IMG/VR virus record: IMGVR_UViG_3300017769_000001
Span: 84,740-148,739 of that record
Direction: 5' to 3' (one strand)
DNA: 64,000 nucleotides
Source of the DNA: a virus
Part shown: positions 46,942-54,575 of the stretch, in pieces
Layout of the letters: every line of letters starts with the position of its first letter
Numbering within the stretch: the stretch's first letter is position 1
Notes under the pieces: generated by a model
The model's database searches: none
What the model saw: the letters and a program-made list of their open reading frames with translations, nothing else
Told to the model about the DNA's origin: nothing
Translations under genes and position numbers: made by a program

Positions 46942-48231
46942 ATGGCGAGTACATCAGAGAGCCCACAAAGCATAACTCAGAATTACACGATTCCTGTTAT
47001 AAAACAAGAATCACTTTCTATCACCGGAGATCGTACTCACGGCAGTCTTCTAACGGTGCAGGATCCTCAAAGCAGGTTCGGATCCCGTGAAACTCAACTA
47101 TTCCGGCACTGGCAAGTCGGTAGTGAGATATTGCTTAACGGAACGGCGTCATCTGCTGAGAACGGAGTCTCCGTTCCAGACACAGTTGAAGTCTGGAGTG
47201 GTATTTCTGACAATGTAGAAATCACCTCGGCAAACCTCAGACATGCGAGAATTGACCAACAATACCGTGCATTCGGTAAAGGCTCTCTGGTTAATTCTAA
47301 AGCATTCGATAATATTGGTGCTGGCGATAAATTCTATTTCGCAAAATGGGCAAATGCTGGTTGTAACTTCCAAAGAGCATACGTTCTCGGATTTTTAAAT
47401 CTAACTGGCACATTCAACACCAGTGCAGATCGTTCTCGCGGAGAACCTGTAACACTTTCCCTTGTTGGTGGTGGTACTAAGACTGGCTACATCACATCAA
47501 TCATCAATTCTGTTCTCACTCTGGAAATCGACGGTGGTTCTGGCGGGGCTGCGACTATCGAAGGTGCTACTGTAACAGGTGCCCAATCCGGAGCAACACT
47601 GGTTATCGACACATCGACAATTTACGGAAGTACAGCAGCAACCAAGATCGCCCGAATTTACAGTGGCGGTATTCCTAGTGGTCTTGGTATTAGTGTAGTG
47701 ACAAGTCACAACGGCGGTCTTATCGATGTTGATGAGTATGGAGATACTGGATACGTTGGATCGTCTGCAAACGACTACTCCAATCAGCTGTATTCCACAG
47801 ATCCCGGCAACTTCCACTTGTACGAACTTGAGATCGATTTCAGTGGCGCTACTGGATCTGTTCGACAAAGAATCGACAACAAGGTTGTTTATGAAGTGTC
47901 CGGATTGAGTAAGACATACCTATCCGCAGTGAAGGGGTTCTTCCTTTCGAATGTTGGGATGGATACATCGGGACTCCCTGTTGATGTTAATGATATCGGT
48001 TTGACTGAGTACTGGGGTGAAATAATCGCAGACAACTCATTGAAACGGTTGGTGATTGGCGACTCTAACACATTGGACACCTGCAATCACATCGAGATCC
48101 AAAAGCATACTTCTTGGGGTGAAGGAATCGTTCAATTCCAACTCAACCAAGGGTCGTTTTCTGATCTAACCGGGAAATATTTGTTCTTGGTTGATGCAGG
48201 TTTCAGCGAAGTATTTTCGGCAGCACTGTAA
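46942..48231 (+). CDS. beta-rich putative virion surface protein, paralog A
   Basis: N-terminus MASTSESPQSITQNYTIPV and C-terminal YWGEI block shared with the next gene. Confidence 0.65.
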   Translation: MASTSESPQSITQNYTIPVIKQESLSITGDRTHGSLLTVQDPQSRFGSRETQLFRHWQVGSEILLNGTASSAENGVSVPDTVEVWSGISDNVEITSANLRHARIDQQYRAFGKGSLVNSKAFDNIGAGDKFYFAKWANAGCNFQRAYVLGFLNLTGTFNTSADRSRGEPVTLSLVGGGTKTGYITSIINSVLTLEIDGGSGGAATIEGATVTGAQSGATLVIDTSTIYGSTAATKIARIYSGGIPSGLGISVVTSHNGGLIDVDEYGDTGYVGSSANDYSNQLYSTDPGNFHLYELEIDFSGATGSVRQRIDNKVVYEVSGLSKTYLSAVKGFFLSNVGMDTSGLPVDVNDIGLTEYWGEIIADNSLKRLVIGDSNTLDTCNHIEIQKHTSWGEGIVQFQLNQGSFSDLTGKYLFLVDAGFSEVFSAAL

Positions 48232-48255
48232 ATAGAATGAGAACTGGAAAATAAC

Positions 48256-49569
48256 ATGGCGAATACATCACAAAGTCCATTAAGCGTTACTCAGAATTAC
48301 ACCATCCCCGTTGTACTTGGCGATGGTCTCGGTATTCCGGTGATTAATAGCGCAGCAAGCAATGGCGATGGAACCATTACTCTGTCAGGAACGAATTTCG
48401 GAGTTAAGCCGCAAGCTGCACCGATTCTCTGGGCATTCGGTACTGACCGAAGAAACAATGGTGTTCCTCAACCTGCAATCGATTTCACCCCCGGTGTAGA
48501 CGTTAACGATCCGACTGTATGGTCGACTTACGTACACAACCCGGTAAAATTCTCCGATACAACCCGATATCCGGGACTTGGGGTTTCTTACTGGTCAGCT
48601 AATGGTGGTTCGTTGAGTAACCCGTTGGCGCATTTTGATGGCAATCCTTATCCGAAATACTCGGATGAAATTTACGCATCTGCTCGATTCAAGTTACTTA
48701 CAGACTGGCATAATGCTAGGGCAATTCGGGTATCAGGAATCACTGGAACGTTCGACCAAGGCCCAAGTAAGTATGAATATGGCGAAACTCTGACATTCAC
48801 TAACAATGGCGACACATGGTCAGCTCAACTTGTAGCTATAACCGGAGACGTTGCAACCATCGTTTCTGACAGTGGATTCGATTATGTGAATGCTACGGCT
48901 ACTGGCGACACGTCTGGGGCAACATTCACTTCAACAGAATATCTGGCTTCCTCTGGCGGATCCAAGTACTTCCGCATGTGGGCAGGCGGTGTTGCTGGGC
49001 CTTTCAACTCAATCACGACAAACCGTTTGATTGGTGGTTACAAGGATGAAAACGGGACGCTCATCGCATCGTACAAAAACGAAGATGGGTCTGACGATCT
49101 TGGGTATGGGACTCAGGATATGACGGCAGTTCCGGGATGGAGATTCGCGGAAGTTTATATCAACCAGAAAGGCAACCAGAGTTACCAGTACTTCGATATA
49201 GACAACCTCGGACGTCGGTACGTTCGAAATCTAACCATCCCCGAAGGACAAAAGTTTAATGATCGGGCGATGACACTGTCTCAGGTCGGTTATGACGCTG
49301 CCGGTGGAACACAGATAATCGACACTGCTTTCTACTGGGGTGAAATATATCTGGACAGTACGCCAAAACGCGTTGTTCTAAGCAACAAGCCTAACCTTGC
49401 GGATATAGGACAGGAACAGGAATTACAATTCTTGACCGCATGGACTCCCAATGGGATTACATTCGAGGAAAGAATTGGGGCACTACAGGGCATGGGGTCT
49501 GTTTATGCGTATGTGTTCACTGAAGAAGATAAAGCAAATGACGTTGGATTTTATATAGGAGACTACTAA
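48256..49569 (+). CDS. beta-rich putative virion surface protein, paralog B
   Basis: MANTSQSPLSVTQNYTIPV, IPT-like TITLSGTNFG, YWGEIYLD. Confidence 0.65.
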   Translation: MANTSQSPLSVTQNYTIPVVLGDGLGIPVINSAASNGDGTITLSGTNFGVKPQAAPILWAFGTDRRNNGVPQPAIDFTPGVDVNDPTVWSTYVHNPVKFSDTTRYPGLGVSYWSANGGSLSNPLAHFDGNPYPKYSDEIYASARFKLLTDWHNARAIRVSGITGTFDQGPSKYEYGETLTFTNNGDTWSAQLVAITGDVATIVSDSGFDYVNATATGDTSGATFTSTEYLASSGGSKYFRMWAGGVAGPFNSITTNRLIGGYKDENGTLIASYKNEDGSDDLGYGTQDMTAVPGWRFAEVYINQKGNQSYQYFDIDNLGRRYVRNLTIPEGQKFNDRAMTLSQVGYDAAGGTQIIDTAFYWGEIYLDSTPKRVVLSNKPNLADIGQEQELQFLTAWTPNGITFEERIGALQGMGSVYAYVFTEEDKANDVGFYIGDY

Positions 49570-51107
49570 TGGGCGTTAGATTTGATGGGAATGGACACAT
49601 TGCGTTTGCGTCTCCATGGACACCCACTAATCTCGGAAACTTCGAGATTGAATTTGTTGTTACTGTGGCTGAAGTCGCCGGGCAGCACTTTCTAACAGGA
49701 CGCAGTAACAAAGTAACCCACCGGTTTTTCGGAAGTAACTTGTACTTTGGATGGGAAGTTGATGGTGGTGGCACTCGCTTCAAATATGCAACAGCAGCAA
49801 ATCCAGAAGCTGGGGTACAGGCACGTATCAAATATGTGTTCACATCTACAACCACTGTTGACGTATACAAAGACGGCACACTTGTCGAGGCAATAACAAT
49901 CGATCCGGCAGATGCCATCTTGATTTATGAATTGGATGCCATCGGATCGCGTGTAACCGGCACGTTGCTTGACGGTACAGTAATGCACGAGGTTCGTCTT
50001 ACCGACTTAGAAACTCCGGCAAATTCAAGTATCTATCTGTTGGATGAAGGGTCTGGTACTGTCGCAAACGACACTGGAGCACTAGGCAACAACGGTACGC
50101 TGACCGGGTTCACAGACGCAGAAGCCTCGTGGACTACACCACCGAAGCCTACGATCATGTCTGCATCTGATATCGCAGATGAAAGTCAGACTTCAAGTTT
50201 TGTTCTGAAATTCAACAGCGCAGATCCAACCGCCGTGACCGTAAACGGTGTTGCGGCAACGAATCTGCAAATGGTTTCTGAGGATGTTGGTGCCGGGACT
50301 CAAACTTGGAGTTACACACCGCCATTGATAGCGGACGATGCAACCGCAGACTTGGTTGTTACTGTTGACGGTGCTGATACAACTGCGTTTCAGATTGCGT
50401 ACGAGAACAGCTACGACCGCTCTCAAACAGCACATGGAGAACCGGCTGCAACTTCTGTTAACTTCGGAAACACGTATGCATCTGCAAATCCGTACGAGTG
50501 GAAAGTAATTACAGACACGAATCCGACAATTGCAATCGTCGATTGGAACCTGATGGAATCTTCAGATGGGATGAACCTCGGTATTGAGAACTTCATCACC
50601 ACGGTTGCAGAAGGAATCACATCTGCTGAGATCGGTGTTTTCATCCCTGAGACTGGTCAGACTGCGACGTTCACCAGAACATTCGAAATATCTACAGACG
50701 GAAGTATCTCTAACCCAGATCCCGAACCAGAACCAGAACCAGAACCGGATCCCGAACCAGAGCCAACGCTTCCGACTACTCTTGACGAAGTTCAGGTAAA
50801 CGTTAGAGGGCGTGTTCTGACCTTCATCGATATTGGTGATGGGTTTGGTATTCTGAAAGATGCCTTGTCTGCTGTTGATCTTCGAACAATGGAAGACGTC
50901 AGCGACAATGGTGTTGGGTCTACCCTGAAGAGCAAGATCGAAAACCACCGTATGGGCAACGGTCGGAAGGTAACAGACGTTTACAAAAATGCCATAGTAA
51001 ATATCAGTGGGTACGGTGATCAGATTGAGAAGAAGGTTCTGACTTCCAAGAAAGCAGAAACAATCTCAAGCCATGCATCACGTCTGGATTCACTCGAAAA
51101 TCCGTAA
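49569..51107 (+). CDS. LamG/Ig-like protein with Pro-Glu linker and C-terminal anchor domain
   Basis: VYKDG and YLLDEGSGTVAND..GNNGTL (LamG-type); PEPEPE linker; C-terminal domain matches 46518. Confidence 0.7.
   Translation: MGVRFDGNGHIAFASPWTPTNLGNFEIEFVVTVAEVAGQHFLTGRSNKVTHRFFGSNLYFGWEVDGGGTRFKYATAANPEAGVQARIKYVFTSTTTVDVYKDGTLVEAITIDPADAILIYELDAIGSRVTGTLLDGTVMHEVRLTDLETPANSSIYLLDEGSGTVANDTGALGNNGTLTGFTDAEASWTTPPKPTIMSASDIADESQTSSFVLKFNSADPTAVTVNGVAATNLQMVSEDVGAGTQTWSYTPPLIADDATADLVVTVDGADTTAFQIAYENSYDRSQTAHGEPAATSVNFGNTYASANPYEWKVITDTNPTIAIVDWNLMESSDGMNLGIENFITTVAEGITSAEIGVFIPETGQTATFTRTFEISTDGSISNPDPEPEPEPEPDPEPEPTLPTTLDEVQVNVRGRVLTFIDIGDGFGILKDALSAVDLRTMEDVSDNGVGSTLKSKIENHRMGNGRKVTDVYKNAIVNISGYGDQIEKKVLTSKKAETISSHASRLDSLENP
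50715..50765 (+). repeat. 6-bp-period repeat encoding a (PE/PD)n linker
   Basis: CCAGAA-type units. Confidence 0.85.
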
Positions 51108-51128
51108 GGATGATCGAAAGGAGGCAGC

Positions 51129-51350
51129 ATGAAATCAGAGTTAAAATTGACACTGATAATCATCGAGAAAGTCGTCAACATTATGACGTACTTTCTCGAT
51201 AAGAAAAGGCGAAAGGAGCGGGAAAATGAAACTCAGAAAATTCAGGAAGACCCTGTTGACTGGTTTAATGATCGTTACTCTAAGCGGGTGTCAGATGATG
51301 GGACTGACGAACCAACAAGCGATCCCGACGGTGACGAAACCAAGCGTTGA
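51129..51350 (+). CDS. putative i-spanin (Rz-like)
   Basis: GGAGG RBS; weakly hydrophobic N-terminus then charged helix; overlaps a lipoprotein gene next to the endolysin. Confidence 0.55.
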   Translation: MKSELKLTLIIIEKVVNIMTYFLDKKRRKERENETQKIQEDPVDWFNDRYSKRVSDDGTDEPTSDPDGDETKR

Positions 51351-51453
51351 TGCCTTCTACCAAGAAGGCAATGTTTGCTTTACTCGCGAAGACGCAGTCG
51401 TTTACTTTGACTACGTGTATGAACTGGAGACAGTTATGGAGGATCTAAAATGA
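51226..51453 (+). CDS. putative o-spanin lipoprotein (Rz1-like)
   Basis: AAGGAG RBS; basic N-terminus, hydrophobic stretch, lipobox LSGC; starts inside the upstream gene in the +1 frame. Confidence 0.7.
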   Translation: MKLRKFRKTLLTGLMIVTLSGCQMMGLTNQQAIPTVTKPSVDAFYQEGNVCFTREDAVVYFDYVYELETVMEDLK

Positions 51454-52253
51454 ATCGACTTCTCGTTGAAGGAATGCGAGGCAACGACGTCAAACAAGTC
51501 CAACAGCTTCTCATAAAACACAACTTACTCCCAGCCGGATCTGATGATGGGATCTTCGGAGACAATACGGAACGTGCCGTTAAAGCCTTCCAGAAGTCTT
51601 CTGGAGACGTTGTTGATGGTATTGTGGGAAAACGTACGTGGGACAGCTTAAACGAGCTTATAGGTGACGTATGGAAGCTTCAGGAAAGCGACTACATCAA
51701 AGCCGCAAAAGAACTGCAATGTGAAGTAGCAGCGATCAAAGCGGTCTCTGAAGTCGAGAGTGCTGGAGACGGATTCATCCAACCCCACATGCCGAAGATT
51801 CTCTTTGAACGACACTGGATGTACAGGAAGTTGAAGGAGTATGGACTTGGAACGGCGCTTGTCCTTGCAAAAGAACATCTCCCAAACATCGTTGCTACAA
51901 CGCCGGGTGGTTACAAAGGCGGCGTGCGTGAATGGGGTCGATACAACGAAGCGTATGGGCTGAACAAAGAATGCGCAATCGAGGCTACTTCTTGGGGTCG
52001 TTTTCAGATAATGGGATTCCATTATGAGGATCTCGGATATAAGTCACAGAAAGACTTCGCGGAACAAATGTCCACATCGGAGTCAGAACATCTTGAAGCA
52101 TTTGTGAAGTTCATCAAGAAAAATCCGTCTCTGCTTGACGCTATACGTAGCAAAGATTGGGCTAAGTTTGCCTACCATTACAACGGAAGATCGTACAGAA
52201 AAAACGAGTATGATGTCAGGATGGAAAAGGCATACAAACGGATCACTAAATAA
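51450..52253 (+). CDS. modular endolysin: PG-binding domain plus DUF3380-type N-acetylmuramidase
   Basis: DGIFG..TE.AVK.FQ...DGIVG..TW; AV.EVES.G, ILFERH, SWGRFQIMGF and YNG. Confidence 0.92.
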   Translation: MNRLLVEGMRGNDVKQVQQLLIKHNLLPAGSDDGIFGDNTERAVKAFQKSSGDVVDGIVGKRTWDSLNELIGDVWKLQESDYIKAAKELQCEVAAIKAVSEVESAGDGFIQPHMPKILFERHWMYRKLKEYGLGTALVLAKEHLPNIVATTPGGYKGGVREWGRYNEAYGLNKECAIEATSWGRFQIMGFHYEDLGYKSQKDFAEQMSTSESEHLEAFVKFIKKNPSLLDAIRSKDWAKFAYHYNGRSYRKNEYDVRMEKAYKRITK

Positions 52254-52284
52254 CCACACCACAGAAATACAGGAGGCACCTAAC

Positions 52285-52572
52285 ATGTGGCAGAAAATTC
52301 TAGTTAAAATTGGTTTCTTTCTTTTCGAATTCGGAATTCAGGTTCTGATCCAAACACTATTTGGGAAAGAGAATCGTCAACGTCTGGAAGCGGTGATCGA
52401 CGCGCTGTCTAAGGACGGAGAATTGACGGCCAAGCAGAAGTACAACCGTGCGAAGAAATTCATCGATGAGCTTGGTGGAGATCTGCCGGATACCATTAAA
52501 AACCTTGCCATTGAAGCAGTCGTTGCGAAGATCAATGACAAGTATGGTGAAGTGCTGAAGAAAGTCAAATAA
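52285..52572 (+). CDS. small late protein with hydrophobic N-terminus (holin candidate)
   Basis: Late promoter, AGGAGG RBS, one hydrophobic segment, directly after the endolysin. Confidence 0.45.
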   Translation: MWQKILVKIGFFLFEFGIQVLIQTLFGKENRQRLEAVIDALSKDGELTAKQKYNRAKKFIDELGGDLPDTIKNLAIEAVVAKINDKYGEVLKKVK

Positions 52573-52582
52573 AGCTAACTAA

Positions 52583-52618
52583 GAGGTGGAAGCAAGAGTT
52601 TCCCGCCTCCTTTCCTCT
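52583..52618. terminator. hairpin between convergent genes
   Basis: GAGGTGGAAGC-AAGA-GTTTCCCGCCTC followed by a pyrimidine run. Confidence 0.5.
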
Positions 52619-52623
52619 AGCTT

Positions 52624-53043
52624 CTAAGTCCCGTTAACGCGGGACTTTTTTTTGGCTCTTTGGGCAACAAGTTCATCGCGAGAGATTCTCTTTTGACCGC
52701 TGTTGCCTTCAGAATCGTCCGACGTACTTTCAATCGCCTTCGCGCCTTTCTGACGAGAACGAATCTCAGCATTCTTGTGCTTGATTTGAAGATCAGATTC
52801 CTTGTACATAGTATCTTTTGCAAGATCGAGGTACTGCTTCGCAAGCTCAAGCTGTGGGATTCTTTGCTCCGGCTCCAGTAGCTTAGACTCATTAACGAGT
52901 TCTTTATACTGCTCAAGGGCAAACAATACCACGTCCCTCATGGTAGGATCCTCTGGAATTTTCAGATCCATTCCAAATACCTTTTTCACTTCTTCTGACG
53001 CTTCAACACCCAGTGCGTCGTCCAATGGATGGCTCCCGCTCAT
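52624..53043 (-). CDS. probable terminase small subunit (gp16-like)
   Basis: Helical hairpin ALEQYKEL...LELAKQYL..A and C-terminal SRDEL; late promoter at 53142; GGAGG RBS. Confidence 0.55.
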   Translation of the reverse strand: MSGSHPLDDALGVEASEEVKKVFGMDLKIPEDPTMRDVVLFALEQYKELVNESKLLEPEQRIPQLELAKQYLDLAKDTMYKESDLQIKHKNAEIRSRQKGAKAIESTSDDSEGNSGQKRISRDELVAQRAKKKSRVNGT

Positions 53044-53051
53044 ACTTCCTC

Positions 53052-53137
53052 CATTTGAGAATCTATATCAACAACCTTTAAGTTTAACCACGCCCTACTA
53101 CACAGATATATATTCCTGTGTAGGAAATGGCTTGTTT
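53052..53137 (-). repeat. dispersed palindromic element, copy 3 (inverted)
   Basis: Reverse complement AAACAAGCCATTTCCTACACAGGAATATATATCTGTGTAGTAGGGCGTGGTTAAACTTAAAGGTTGTTGATATAGATTCTCAAATG. Confidence 0.95.
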
Positions 53138-53177
53138 ATTGTATTTACTGGGATTTTCGGATGTCTCCAGAATCTGG

Positions 53178-53206
53178 TTGACATTTGTACTTACAAGAGG
53201 CATAAC
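53178..53206 (+). promoter_or_regulatory. probable sigma70-type promoter for phoH
   Basis: TTGACA-17 bp-CATAAC (imperfect -10). Confidence 0.5.
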
Positions 53207-53256
53207 TAATTTCTGGAGAGAGTGTACCCAATGACTTTCCAACACAGGAGCCTTTC

Positions 53257-54003
53257 ATGGCTAAGAAGAAACCGAAGTTTGACACCCGCAACGAATCAAG
53301 TGCTGTGGTTCGTGAAATTGGAAATCGTAAGAGATTCCATCCCAAAGACCTCTGTAACCTCCAACCGTATCCCGGAAATCAAGAACACTTCTTCGACCTT
53401 TACCGCGCAGGTAAGCCAATCATTTCGATGGTAGGCCCAGCAGGTACAGGTAAGAGTTTCTTGGCTCTCTACGCAGCTCTGGGCGACGTTTTCGATGACT
53501 CGACCGAGTATGACAAGGTAATCATCATTCGGTCTGCTGTTGAGACGAGAAAGCAGGGGTTCATCCCCGGTGATCAGGATGAGAAGAACGCACCGTATGA
53601 AACTCCATACATCGGTGCGGCATCCAAGATGATCCCAGCGTACAATGATGCTTACGCACATCTGAAGAGCCTCGGATACCTCGAATTCCATACAACCGGA
53701 TATCTCCGTGGAGATACATTCGACCGATCTATCATATTGGTTGATGAAATCCAGAACATGGACTACGACGAGCTGGCGACGGTGATCACCAGATGTGGAG
53801 AGCATAGTCGGATTATGCTTATGGGTGACCACAAGCAATGTGACCTTGGAAGGTTCCGACAGGAGTCTGGCTTCGACAAGCTTCAGCGTGTTTTCAGAAA
53901 CATGGATGAAAGTATGATCGGTATGGTAGTTTTTGAACTGGAGGACATCGTGCGTTCCGGACTCGTTAGGGAGTTCCTGATCGCAGATTACAAAACAGAA
54001 TGA
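53257..54003 (+). CDS. phoH: PhoH-family ATPase
   Basis: GPAGTGKSF, GFIPG, YLRGDTF, VDEIQN, TRCGE, GDHKQ and DIVRSGLV. Confidence 0.95.
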   Translation: MAKKKPKFDTRNESSAVVREIGNRKRFHPKDLCNLQPYPGNQEHFFDLYRAGKPIISMVGPAGTGKSFLALYAALGDVFDDSTEYDKVIIIRSAVETRKQGFIPGDQDEKNAPYETPYIGAASKMIPAYNDAYAHLKSLGYLEFHTTGYLRGDTFDRSIILVDEIQNMDYDELATVITRCGEHSRIMLMGDHKQCDLGRFRQESGFDKLQRVFRNMDESMIGMVVFELEDIVRSGLVREFLIADYKTE

Positions 54004-54010
54004 TATGAGA

Positions 54011-54049
54011 AAAGGGCCGGTGGATTTAATCATCGGCTCTTTACTTTTT
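54011..54049 (+). terminator. intrinsic terminator after phoH
   Basis: AAAGGGCCGGTG...CATCGGCTCTTT then a T-run. Confidence 0.6.
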
Positions 54050-54093
54050 GAACTCTCTATGCTAAATTACCACCATAGCATTAGAGTTTCTTT

Positions 54094-54327
54094 ATGAGCG
54101 ACAACAAATCAACACAGATCACGCCGGTCTGCTCCATCGAATTCTACTACGACCCCCTCACCGAAGTTCCTAAATATCGTATCCGAAGAGCTGACGGAAC
54201 CTTTATGGATCCCCTGTCGGTCTACGCTATGGCATGTGTCGAAGTTCTGGACGAACAACATCCAGATATCATCAGGCGCGTGGAACAGTTGGCTGGGGAT
54301 TCCAGAGTTTCATTAAAAGTCCATTAA
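54094..54327 (+). CDS. hypothetical protein
   Basis: 77-aa ORF filling the gap, preceded by a hairpin. Confidence 0.6.
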   Translation: MSDNKSTQITPVCSIEFYYDPLTEVPKYRIRRADGTFMDPLSVYAMACVEVLDEQHPDIIRRVEQLAGDSRVSLKVH

Positions 54328-54338
54328 GGAGGCAACCA

Positions 54339-54575
54339 ATGGAAGATTACCCAGATTACCTACAGCGTCTTATTGACGAGACAAATGATCTCAGAGAGAA
54401 GATCGACAATCTGTCCAATTTTCTCAGAGGCCCAAAGAGTCACGAAATCGGTTATGTGAGGACGCGTCTTCTTCAGGAGCAATACACGCACATGCAGAAA
54501 TACTATGATGTTCTGGTTGAGCGTGTTGATTTGGAGAAGACTATCCACAACGCCAGAAGAGAGGGGATTAAATGA
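54339..54575 (+). CDS. small helical protein (crAss001_48-like)
   Basis: YLQRLIDE..DL.EKI..L..F...LL.EQ...M..Y..VL..R pattern; AAGGAGG RBS. Confidence 0.65.
   Translation: MEDYPDYLQRLIDETNDLREKIDNLSNFLRGPKSHEIGYVRTRLLQEQYTHMQKYYDVLVERVDLEKTIHNARREGIK

Noticed and set aside
53296-54033. 245-aa minus-strand ORF
   Set aside because: Antisense shadow of phoH
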